From positions 103,159 to 167,158 of the forward strand of contig CAKSKA010000001.1 of NCBI GenBank assembly GCA_934464615.1: DNA of 64,000 nucleotides, given 5' to 3'. The notes below the pieces were generated by a model. That model saw only the letters and a list, made by a program, of their open reading frames with translations, ran no database searches and was not told the DNA's origin. Of the stretch, positions 38,387 to 47,591 are shown piece by piece. Every line of letters starts with the position of its first letter. Position 1 is the first letter of the stretch. A program made the translations under genes and the position numbers. The DNA is from an uncultured Eubacteriales bacterium. Lineage in GTDB: Bacteria > Bacillota > Clostridia > Oscillospirales > Acutalibacteraceae.

Positions 38387-41300
38387 ATGAAGCAATATGA
38401 TATATTTGCCGGTGCTGATGAACTGTTTGGGAAAAACGCCGATTCTTATGTTACTTATGCGCCGAATCTGTCGCAGGGCGTTGTATTTGATAAACGGTTT
38501 TTAAATTCATTAAAAGACGGTGCAAAATACGGCGCACGCGCTTTAAAGTGCATCAGAATTACAGAGGATTGCGATTTGCCTGCGCGTATAATAGGGTTTT
38601 ATAAAGTAGAGGACGGTCTGGCACGCAAATGCAAATATGCGGATGTAGGCGCTTTTGCGGTGTACAGCGAAATATTGCCGGGCAGTTTAAATCTTGTAAA
38701 CCCAAAAGCCGCGCAGTATGCGTTTTCAGCGGCGGCGCTTAAAAATCCGTCGGCAAAGTTTTATTGTGTAAATAACGATTTTTTTGCACCTGTACCTGTT
38801 TGGTCAAGCGTTATAAAAAAAACTTATATGCAAAAATACGGTCAGGATATAACCGAAAATTTAATTATGCTTTTCGAGGACGCAAAGGGCTGCAAGCGTT
38901 TCAGAAACAGATATTACGCCTTGACGGCGGAACTTGTAACGGATAATTTTTTGCGTCCGCTTAAAGATATATGCGTCGGTTCCGGTATATCGCTTTACGG
39001 CAGCAAAGCGTTTTCGCTGTCTGTCGCGGAGCAGGTATTGCCGAACAACGCACTTATAGGTATTTGCGATATTTACGACAAACTTTTCCTTTACTGTCCC
39101 GCAGAGTTGCTTGACGGTGCGTTTTTACGCAGATATATACGATTTTTTACATCATTCAAACCGCAGAAAATTGCCGCGGTGTTTTCCGACAATGATATAA
39201 AAAAGCTCTCGCTTAAAAGACTGGCGGCGTTTGCCGACAGACTGCTTGCCGGAGGAATAAGACAGTTCTGTATACCGCAGGGTACGGCGCAAAAAGGCAC
39301 AGACGGTAAAAAAGTGCAAATTTTGAAAAAGTACATACAAAATAATGCCGCCTTGCTTGATACGGGGGAGAGGATAAGCGATGTATTGGCGATTTATCCC
39401 TATTCTTCCGCGGCGGGCAACTTTTGTGCAAATAATATCGGTGCTGTTAAGGAATTCAACACCGTTACGCAAAAGGGAATTGATTTGCTTAACCGTGCCG
39501 ATATACTGTATGACGTTGCGTCGGAGCGCAGTCTCGGCCAGGAAATTAAAATAAGCGGAGCGCTGATAAGCGCCGCAAATAATAAGTATACCTGCCTTGT
39601 GCTGATGCCGTGCGATACACTGACACCCACCGCTGCCGGATTTATACTTAAATACACCGAAAACGGCGGCAGGGTTTATTGCATTGGCGAAAAGCCGTTA
39701 CTTATAGACGGTGTACAAAACAGCCGTATAGACGAAATATCGCAAAGAATCAAGCGCATAGGCGCAAAAGAAATATCACAGTTAAGGGCGGAGAGAACCC
39801 CGTTGTTTGATGATAACTGCATAGACGTTTATTGCTGTAAACTGCCCGACGGCAGCAAACTGTCCTTCGCGGCAAATATAAACGGGGACAGCGGCAGCGT
39901 AAGTTTTGCTTCGTTTGAAAATATTGCGGCGGTTGACACCGTTAACCGTGAACTTTTACCGGTAAATTTAAGCAATAAAATAGGCAAAGTTGCAGGAAAA
40001 CAGGTTATCGACCTTAAAAATTTTGAAAACTCCCATGCGGTTTTCCGCATAGGCGATATACCGCTGCAAAAGCCTAAACAGCCGGAGTATTTGAATTTAT
40101 CACCGTACTTTGATTTGACCGACAGCGGCGACAACACTTTTGTTATAAACAAATGCAGTGTGCGTAAAACCAACGGCAAATGGTCTGCACCTACGTGCAT
40201 AAAAAATGCTCTTAAAAATATGCAACGCGCGTCCCGCAAAAATATTACGGACTTAAAATTTGATTTTGAAATACGCGACTGCGAAAAAATAGGGGATATG
40301 CTGCTTTATTTTGAAAATCAGGCGCCGTATTCCGTATTTATAAACGACATACCCGTAAAAACGGCAGGGGAACCGACTGATATAAGAGAATTTGTTAAAG
40401 AAGGCGTAAACAGTATCCTTATCCGTTCCGAAAGTTTGGTGCAGCGCTTGAAAACGGAAGAAACGGCAATTTCCTGCCTGTTTATTTCAGGAAAGTTTGC
40501 GGTTGTGTCGACTGCTCCCGTAAGGAATGAAAAGTTTGCGGTACGCACAAAAAATGAATTTGTAATTACCGCGTTGCCTGCCGCCGTAAATATAGAACGG
40601 CTGACCGAGAACGGATTTTGGTTTTTCGGTTCCGATATGCTGCTGACTCAGCGTTTCACGTTGGAAGGAGAACCTGACAGCGCCGCACTGCTTAGATTTA
40701 AAAAGTTTAACGCTTTGTGTGCCTGTGTATGTGTAAACGGTGTTGATACAGCGGATATATGGGCACCGCCGTTTAAAACGAACGTGGGAAAATATTTACG
40801 CAAAGGCGAAAACGAAATAAGTATTCGTATTTTTGCGGATAATACAAATCTGCATGCACTTGACGGAATAACGGATGATAATGTCAGTCTTGAGCCCCTC
40901 GGTGCCGTACTGTTTACGGGGGATGAGGAACAGACCGATTATATTTGCTTAAAAGACGTTACCAAAACCTACGTTGACGGCGGAAAAACAATTTACGCCG
41001 TACGGGATGCCGATATAAATATAGGAATCGGAGAATTCACCGTGATTTACGGACCGACAGGCTCGGGTAAAACAACATTGCTTAACATTATCGGCGGAAT
41101 TGACACCTGCGACAGCGGCACGGTTTGCATAGAGGAAAATGATATAAACGAATATTCCGAGTCACGTTTGGCGGATTACAGGCGCAAAAATATCAGTTTT
41201 ATTTTTAAAGACGGCAATCTTTTGGATTATTTAACCGTAAACGATAATATAACGCTGTTTTGCGACAGCAAAAATCAGGTGCTTGATAACCGATTGGTTT

Positions 41301-41635
41301 TGCGTTCCGTAGGACTTGAGGACAAAGCGGACTGTACTGCCGCAAAACTTACCTTGTGCGAACAGCAAAAGGCGGCAATAGCAGGGGCGGTTGCTAAAAA
41401 TCCGCAAATAATACTGTGTGACGAACCGCTTGGAAAACTTAAGCAAAGCGATGCCGCCGAGGTTTTAAATCTTTTAAGAGAAACCTGCAGACTTACAGGC
41501 AAAACCGTAATAATTGCTACGGATAATAAAGCGCTTTGTGCGGCGGCTGACCGTGTTATAACGATCAGCGACGGCTGTATTACGGCAAACGAAGTAAATC
41601 CGAAACCGGCAAAGCTTGAAGAAATAGAGTGGTGA
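38387..41635 (+). CDS. Large cytoplasmic protein: ~850-aa uncharacterised (glycosidase-like) N-terminal module fused to a degenerate ABC ATPase domain
   Basis: The C-terminal ~230 aa have Walker A GPTGSGKTT and Walker B ILCDEP, but FIFKD for the Q-loop, LTLCEQ for LSGGQ, and ATDN for the H-loop. No TM segment or signal peptide is evident. The N-terminal module has jelly-roll-like GxNxIxIR strands. Confidence 0.8.
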   Translation: MKQYDIFAGADELFGKNADSYVTYAPNLSQGVVFDKRFLNSLKDGAKYGARALKCIRITEDCDLPARIIGFYKVEDGLARKCKYADVGAFAVYSEILPGSLNLVNPKAAQYAFSAAALKNPSAKFYCVNNDFFAPVPVWSSVIKKTYMQKYGQDITENLIMLFEDAKGCKRFRNRYYALTAELVTDNFLRPLKDICVGSGISLYGSKAFSLSVAEQVLPNNALIGICDIYDKLFLYCPAELLDGAFLRRYIRFFTSFKPQKIAAVFSDNDIKKLSLKRLAAFADRLLAGGIRQFCIPQGTAQKGTDGKKVQILKKYIQNNAALLDTGERISDVLAIYPYSSAAGNFCANNIGAVKEFNTVTQKGIDLLNRADILYDVASERSLGQEIKISGALISAANNKYTCLVLMPCDTLTPTAAGFILKYTENGGRVYCIGEKPLLIDGVQNSRIDEISQRIKRIGAKEISQLRAERTPLFDDNCIDVYCCKLPDGSKLSFAANINGDSGSVSFASFENIAAVDTVNRELLPVNLSNKIGKVAGKQVIDLKNFENSHAVFRIGDIPLQKPKQPEYLNLSPYFDLTDSGDNTFVINKCSVRKTNGKWSAPTCIKNALKNMQRASRKNITDLKFDFEIRDCEKIGDMLLYFENQAPYSVFINDIPVKTAGEPTDIREFVKEGVNSILIRSESLVQRLKTEETAISCLFISGKFAVVSTAPVRNEKFAVRTKNEFVITALPAAVNIERLTENGFWFFGSDMLLTQRFTLEGEPDSAALLRFKKFNALCACVCVNGVDTADIWAPPFKTNVGKYLRKGENEISIRIFADNTNLHALDGITDDNVSLEPLGAVLFTGDEEQTDYICLKDVTKTYVDGGKTIYAVRDADINIGIGEFTVIYGPTGSGKTTLLNIIGGIDTCDSGTVCIEENDINEYSESRLADYRRKNISFIFKDGNLLDYLTVNDNITLFCDSKNQVLDNRLVLRSVGLEDKADCTAAKLTLCEQQKAAIAGAVAKNPQIILCDEPLGKLKQSDAAEVLNLLRETCRLTGKTVIIATDNKALCAAADRVITISDGCITANEVNPKPAKLEEIEW

Positions 41636-41639
41636 AAAT

Positions 41640-44558
41640 ATGATTTTTAAGTTGTTAAAAAAGGAAATTGTCGGGAATATCGGCAGATTTGCATCCATAG
41701 CCTTAACCACACTTATAGGCGTTGCGTTTCTGTCGGGATTCTGGTCCGGTGTGCCGGATATGGAAAAAACGGCAGACGACTATTATATTAATTCAAATTT
41801 TCACGATATTAAAATAAATTCGGACAAAGGCTTTACAAAACAGGATTTAAAAGCAACCGAGGATCTGGATTATGTAAAAAAAGCACAGGCGGTATATTCG
41901 TTTTACTGCCTTGCCGGTATAAACGAAGCCGGCAGTTATACAACGTATGTAAGAAGCGTTAATATGGATACGCTTCAGGCAAATGATGCCGGTATAATAG
42001 ATACTCCGCAGCTTATTGAAGGCAGTTATCCCGTTACAAACAATACCTGCCTTATGGTACGCTCGGCAGCGCTTAAATCCGATGTTAAAATAGGCGACAG
42101 AATATATTTAACCACAAATACGGATAACTGCACAACCACCGTGTTTACCGTAACGGGTTTTGTAAGCGATCCGGAATTTACATCGGGAATAAAGGAAAAT
42201 GCGCCCGTAGGCAGCTCTAAAACCGAGATGGCAATTTATGTAAGCGAAAACATTTTTGTACCCGATGCAATGTATAACGAAATATTGTTAAAACTCAATA
42301 CGACACTCTCGCTTTCTTCTTTCGGTAAAAAATATGCGTCTGCCGTGCAGGAAGCAAAAACACAACTTTCCCTTATAGGCGAACAGCGCTCAAGCGATTT
42401 CAGCAATGATATGTCAGGTCAGTATCAAAGCGACATTGATAAAGCGCAAAGGCAGTACGAGTATATTAAAAGCGAATCCGAAGGCAAACTTAAATCTTTA
42501 AAAGACGCAATAGCCGCTGCCGAAAAAAGAATACCGGAACTTGAAACCGAAATTGAGGCGGCCAAGGCCGACCTGCAACAAAAAAAGCAAGAACTCGATA
42601 AAGTGTCCGCAAACGCTTCGGGACGTGTAACGTCCGGTACCGCAAGCGCCGCCGGCGAGACGGGCTCGTCATCTTCTTCGTCTTCCGCACCGTCGGCTCC
42701 CGCGCAAGACAGCGAGTATGAAAAGGCGCTTGCCGCATACAACAGCGCGCAGGAAGCATTAAACCAAAAAGAAAAAGAACTTGATAACAAACGTAATTCT
42801 TTGGTTACCTATAAAGCGGAATATACGGCGCTTGAAAAAACTTATGAGCAGCGGATGAACAGTGCCGAAAGAAATCTTGAACAGGTAACGAGTGACGGCA
42901 GCGATGACTACACGCAGGCATGGTATGTATATACAAGGGACGATAACGTAAGCTATAAGAGTTTTGTTGCAAATATTAATAAAATAAAGGCTATGGCATT
43001 TTTGTTCCCGCTGCTTTTTTACAGTGTTGCAATAGCGGCGGTGTTAAGTACCGTTACGCATACATTTACACAACAGCAAAAACGCATGGGGCTTATGCTG
43101 GCACAAGGACTTAACCGTAAAACCGTATTTGTACATAACTGCGCTTTTGTGCTTTCGGCAACCCTTGCCGGAAGCGTAGTCGGTTGTATATTGGGTATAA
43201 CGGTATTGCCGCAAATTATGTACCGCACATACAGCGTTGTATTTGATTTTCCGCCCATAAAAATACGCTTTGTGCCGTATGTTGTTTTGGGCAGTATTGT
43301 TTTAACGGTTTTGCTTGTGCTTGCGGTATCCGTATTAAAGCTTAAAGACCTTATTAAGCAAACGCCGGCAAGCCTTATACAGCAAAAGCAGTATGTAAAA
43401 GGCAAAAAAGTACCGGCGGAAAAAGGTTTTATTTGTAAAAGACTGAACATACAGTGGAAAACTGCCGTTAGGAATGTATCGCTTTATAAAGGCAGGGCAT
43501 TTGTATCGCTTTTAAGCATTGCAGGGTTTACCGCCCTTATTTTTGCATCATTCGGAATTTTAAATTCGGTAAGTTCGCTTGAAAATAAACAGCACAATTT
43601 GCAGCCTTATGACGTTTCGGTGCAGCTGCGTGTTGCCGATTATACATCCAAACCCGAAATTATGCAGTATTTGGAAAACGGGGAAAAGGTAAGCGATTAC
43701 ACATATGTTCATACCGCACAGGTAAAGACGCTTGTAAACGATAAAACAGTGGAAATTACGGTATATGCACCGACGCAGACCGACAAATTCACACAGTTTA
43801 TAAAACTGGATTCTGCCATAGGCAAAAACGAACTCGGCAGCAGCGATGTAATAATAAGCCGTAATTTTGCAAAGCAAAACAAGGTAAAAAAAGGCGACGG
43901 ACTTACGTTTATTATAGGCGGCAAGCAAACCGAGCTTACGGTAACTGCAATAGTGAAAAACTATATAGGCAATTTTGCCGTGGTGGGCTCCGATATATAT
44001 TCCGACAGTTTTGCCGACGGTAAATTTACACCTGCATTGCTTATTAAAAACAGCAGCAGTATTGAAGATACCGCACAACAGGCAACCGAACTTATGGGTA
44101 CGGGCGACGTCGGCACGGTAAATTATACTGCGGATACATTCGGCATTTTTAAGGGAACTGCCGAAAGACTTACAAAAGTTATAATAATGCTTATAATAAC
44201 CGCAGGTGTTTTGTGTGTGGCAGTGCTTTATTCGGCAGCGGATATAAATATTTGTGAGCGCACTGCCGAGTTTGCAAGGCTGCAGATACTCGGTTGCGGC
44301 AAATCCGGCGCAGCGGCTTATGTTTACCGCGAAAATGCAATTATTGCGGCGCTCGGCCTTATTATAGGACTTATTGCCGGTGTAATTTTAAATACGGCGG
44401 TAATGTCGGCTGCGGATATGAGCGATGTAATGTTCAGCAGAAGTATAAGTCCTGTCTCTTTTGCGGCGGCAATAGCTGCGGCTGTGGTTTTTGTACTTAT
44501 ACTTAATACCGCAACAAGGATAAGGATAGGCAAAATAAGCACGGAGGATACAAACTAA
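41640..44558 (+). CDS. ABC transporter permease with two fused FtsX/MacB-type 4-TM units
   Basis: Eight predicted TMs arranged 1+3 / 1+3. There are large extracytoplasmic domains after TM1 and TM5. The first carries a coiled-coil hairpin split by a Ser-rich linker (GETGSSSSSSSAPSAP). Starts 4 nt after the upstream stop. Confidence 0.85.
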   Translation: MIFKLLKKEIVGNIGRFASIALTTLIGVAFLSGFWSGVPDMEKTADDYYINSNFHDIKINSDKGFTKQDLKATEDLDYVKKAQAVYSFYCLAGINEAGSYTTYVRSVNMDTLQANDAGIIDTPQLIEGSYPVTNNTCLMVRSAALKSDVKIGDRIYLTTNTDNCTTTVFTVTGFVSDPEFTSGIKENAPVGSSKTEMAIYVSENIFVPDAMYNEILLKLNTTLSLSSFGKKYASAVQEAKTQLSLIGEQRSSDFSNDMSGQYQSDIDKAQRQYEYIKSESEGKLKSLKDAIAAAEKRIPELETEIEAAKADLQQKKQELDKVSANASGRVTSGTASAAGETGSSSSSSSAPSAPAQDSEYEKALAAYNSAQEALNQKEKELDNKRNSLVTYKAEYTALEKTYEQRMNSAERNLEQVTSDGSDDYTQAWYVYTRDDNVSYKSFVANINKIKAMAFLFPLLFYSVAIAAVLSTVTHTFTQQQKRMGLMLAQGLNRKTVFVHNCAFVLSATLAGSVVGCILGITVLPQIMYRTYSVVFDFPPIKIRFVPYVVLGSIVLTVLLVLAVSVLKLKDLIKQTPASLIQQKQYVKGKKVPAEKGFICKRLNIQWKTAVRNVSLYKGRAFVSLLSIAGFTALIFASFGILNSVSSLENKQHNLQPYDVSVQLRVADYTSKPEIMQYLENGEKVSDYTYVHTAQVKTLVNDKTVEITVYAPTQTDKFTQFIKLDSAIGKNELGSSDVIISRNFAKQNKVKKGDGLTFIIGGKQTELTVTAIVKNYIGNFAVVGSDIYSDSFADGKFTPALLIKNSSSIEDTAQQATELMGTGDVGTVNYTADTFGIFKGTAERLTKVIIMLIITAGVLCVAVLYSAADINICERTAEFARLQILGCGKSGAAAYVYRENAIIAALGLIIGLIAGVILNTAVMSAADMSDVMFSRSISPVSFAAAIAAAVVFVLILNTATRIRIGKISTEDTN

Positions 44559-44563
44559 AAAAA

Positions 44564-44584
44564 GCCCTCCCGTAAGGGAGGGGC
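44564..44584 (-). terminator. Intrinsic terminator after acpP
   Basis: Minus strand: GCCCCTCCC-ttac-GGGAGGGC followed by TTTTTTT. Confidence 0.65.
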
Positions 44585-44593
44585 AAAAGCAGA

Positions 44594-44824
44594 TTACTGT
44601 TTGTTTGCTTCAATGTATTTTACAAGGTCACCGATTGTTTTGATATGTTCGATTTCCTCGTCGGGAATTTCAACATCAAATTCATCTTCAATGGACATAA
44701 GCAACTCAACAACATCAAGGCTGTCAGCGCCGAGATCCGCGGCTATGTCCGATTCCATTGTCATTTTATCAGTCGAAGCATCAAGCTGATCCGCAAGTAT
44801 TTCTTTTATACGTTCAAAAACCAT
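44594..44824 (-). CDS. acpP: Acyl carrier protein
   Basis: 76 aa with the phosphopantetheine site GADSLDVVEL. ATG 44824 lies behind GGAGGAAAA. Confidence 0.9.
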   Translation of the reverse strand: MVFERIKEILADQLDASTDKMTMESDIAADLGADSLDVVELLMSIEDEFDVEIPDEEIEHIKTIGDLVKYIEANKQ

Positions 44825-44957
44825 AATAAATTTTCCTCCTAAATAATTTAAGTGCAAAACTTTCCATATATTGTTCAAGACTTGCACAGTAAACTATATA
44901 TAGAATAATTACAAAACTCCGATTTGTCAACAGTTTTTTTAAGGGAAGTGTAAATAT

Positions 44958-46052
44958 ATGACCTCGTTTTTCGGGAATAAAGTTAAAATCAGCGTATCCG
45001 GCGGCAGTCATACCGAGTGTATTTCCGGCAGTATTGAAGGTTTGCCGGCAAATATTAAAATAGATGAAGATTATATAGCAAGGCAAATGGCACGCCGTGC
45101 CCCCGGCACCGATCCCACGGCGACTTCCCGAAAGGAGCCGGACCGTGTGGAATTTACCGCAGGTGTTAAGGAAGGTAAAACAACGGGCGAAAAAATTGAA
45201 ATAGTAATCCGCAACACCAATACAAAATCGGGCGACTACGATAATTTAAAATACACTCCGCGGCCGTCACACGCCGATTATCCGGCTTATGTTAAGTATA
45301 ACGGTACCGCGGATATGCGTGGCAGCGGACATTTTTCGGGCAGGATGACGGCGGTTTTGGTCGCCCTCGGCAGTATTTGCAGATTACTGCTGCGCGAGAA
45401 GGGTATTACCGTCGGCGGACACGTATTTAATATAGGCGATGCATTTGATGCTCCGTTTGATCCCGTTAAGGTTGATGCCGAAACATTAAATAATTTAAGC
45501 GACAAATATTTTGCCGTACAGGACGACAGCGCGAAAGAAGAAATGGAGCATTTAATACTTTCCGCAAAACAGCGCGGCGACAGTATAGGCGGTTGCGTGG
45601 AAATTGCCGTAACAGGTATGCCTGTGGGCATAGGTAACCATATGTTCGGCGGTGTTGAAAATGTTATATCGGCGGCAGTGTTTGGGGTGCCGGCGGTAAA
45701 GGCAGTGTCCTTCGGCGCGGGATTCGACTTTGCGTTCCTTTGCGGAACCGAGGCTAACGATCCGTATTATTTTGACGGCGACAGGGTTGTAACGGCAACC
45801 AACAACTGCGGCGGAATTTGCGGCGGAATGACGACGGGTATGCCTATTATTATAAAAGCGGCGCTGAAACCCACACCGTCGGTATTTGCGGTGCAAAATA
45901 CCGTAAATCTGCAAACACACGAGAATGTAACACTGCAAATTGAGGGCAGGCACGATCCCTGCATTGTACCGCGCGCCTTGCCTGCGGTGGAAGCAGCAGC
46001 GGCAATAGCGGTTACAATGTTACTGGCGGAAGATAACGCACTTAATTTATAG
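44958..46052 (+). CDS. aroC: Chorismate synthase
   Basis: Chorismate synthase pattern (GGSHTEC, RPSHADY, GRMTA, GGISGG-like [16 protein letters not shown]). Confidence 0.93.
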   Translation: MTSFFGNKVKISVSGGSHTECISGSIEGLPANIKIDEDYIARQMARRAPGTDPTATSRKEPDRVEFTAGVKEGKTTGEKIEIVIRNTNTKSGDYDNLKYTPRPSHADYPAYVKYNGTADMRGSGHFSGRMTAVLVALGSICRLLLREKGITVGGHVFNIGDAFDAPFDPVKVDAETLNNLSDKYFAVQDDSAKEEMEHLILSAKQRGDSIGGCVEIAVTGMPVGIGNHMFGGVENVISAAVFGVPAVKAVSFGAGFDFAFLCGTEANDPYYFDGDRVVTATNNCGGICGGMTTGMPIIIKAALKPTPSVFAVQNTVNLQTHENVTLQIEGRHDPCIVPRALPAVEAAAAIAVTMLLAEDNALNL

Positions 46053-46099
46053 TTGCAAATAAATCATTATTAAAGTATAATGTTTCAGTGGTGATAAAT

Positions 46100-47533
46100 A
46101 TGTCAAAAGAAAAAATGGTAAAAGAAATTACTTCAATGGATGAAGATTTCGCAAAATGGTACACAGACGTTGTATCTAAAGCGGAACTTATGGATTATTC
46201 ATCCGTTAAAGGTTGTATGATAATCCGCCCTTACGGCTATGCAATATGGGAAAATATACAGCGCATTATGGACGGTATGTTTAAGGCTACCGGACACGAA
46301 AATGTTTATATGCCTATGTTTATTCCCGAAAGCTTGCTTGAAAAGGAAAAGGATCATGTAGAGGGATTTGCACCGGAAGTTGCGTGGGTGACTTACGGCG
46401 GCAATGAAAAATTGGAAGAAAGACTTTGTGTTCGTCCTACTTCCGAAACACTGTTTTGCGACCACTATAAAAATGTAGTTCATTCTTACAGGGATCTGCC
46501 GAAACTTTACAATCAGTGGTGCAGCGTTGTACGCTGGGAAAAAACCACACGTCCTTTCCTGCGCTCAAGGGAGTTTTTGTGGCAGGAGGGGCATACAATA
46601 CACGAAACCGCCGAGGAGGCAAAGGCCGAAACGGTAAGAATGCTTGATGTTTACGCCGAGTTTTGCGAGAAGTACCTTGCAATGCCGGTAGTTAAGGGCG
46701 TAAAGACCGAAAAAGAGCGCTTTGCGGGAGCCGAAGATACATATACAATAGAAGCATTGATGCATGACGGAAAAGCGCTTCAAAGCGGGACCTCGCATTA
46801 TTTCGGCGACGGTTTTGCAAAAGCGTTCGGCATACAGTTTACAGACAGAAACAATAAGTTGTCAACTCCTTATCAAACTTCATGGGGTTCAACAACACGC
46901 CTTATCGGTGCTGTAATTATGACGCACGGCGACGACAACGGTCTTGTTTTGCCGCCGGCAGTAGCTCCTGTGCAGTTGGTTGTAGTACCCATTGCGTCGC
47001 ATAAAGCCGGCGTTACGGAGAAAGCGCGTGAAGTTTACGAGCGCGCACTTAAGGTTTGCCGTGCTAAAATTGATGAATCCGAGCAGACACCGGGCTGGAA
47101 ATTTGCAGAGTATGAGATGAAGGGTGTTCCGCTTCGCCTTGAGATAGGCCCGAGGGATATTGAAAATAATTCCTGCGTGCTTGTCCGCAGGGATAACGGG
47201 GAAAAGGCCGTTATAAGCCTTGATGAGCTTGAAACAAAAATTCCGGAACTGCTGCAGGCAGTACATGACGGACTTTACGAGAAGGCGTTGGCAAGGCGCG
47301 AGGCTATGACATACGACGCACACGACCTTGACGAAATGATTAAAACGGCTGACGAAAAGCCGGGATTTATCCGCGCTATGTGGTGCGGCGAGCGCGAATG
47401 CGAGGACAAACTTAAAGAGGTTGCCGGTGTTACTTCACGCTGTATACCGTTTAACCAAAAACAAATTTCCGATAAATGCGTTTACTGCGGTAAACCCGCA
47501 AAGCATATGCTTTATTGGGGCAAGGCTTATTAA
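46100..47533 (+). CDS. proS: Proline--tRNA ligase (archaeal/eukaryotic-like type)
   Basis: Class II aaRS motifs (FRxE-like [19 protein letters not shown]), a C-terminal Zn-binding domain and a terminal Tyr. ATG 46100 is preferred over GTG 46088. Confidence 0.94.
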   Translation: MSKEKMVKEITSMDEDFAKWYTDVVSKAELMDYSSVKGCMIIRPYGYAIWENIQRIMDGMFKATGHENVYMPMFIPESLLEKEKDHVEGFAPEVAWVTYGGNEKLEERLCVRPTSETLFCDHYKNVVHSYRDLPKLYNQWCSVVRWEKTTRPFLRSREFLWQEGHTIHETAEEAKAETVRMLDVYAEFCEKYLAMPVVKGVKTEKERFAGAEDTYTIEALMHDGKALQSGTSHYFGDGFAKAFGIQFTDRNNKLSTPYQTSWGSTTRLIGAVIMTHGDDNGLVLPPAVAPVQLVVVPIASHKAGVTEKAREVYERALKVCRAKIDESEQTPGWKFAEYEMKGVPLRLEIGPRDIENNSCVLVRRDNGEKAVISLDELETKIPELLQAVHDGLYEKALARREAMTYDAHDLDEMIKTADEKPGFIRAMWCGERECEDKLKEVAGVTSRCIPFNQKQISDKCVYCGKPAKHMLYWGKAY

Positions 47534-47544
47534 TTGATTAATGC

Positions 47545-47579
47545 AAAAAGGCGTTGAGAAGAAAATCTCAACGCCTTTT
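47545..47579. terminator. Bidirectional intrinsic terminator between proS and paralog 1
   Basis: AAAAAGGCGTTGAGA-agaaaa-TCTCAACGCCTTTT. Confidence 0.8.
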
Positions 47580-47591
47580 AATTTTGTAAAA

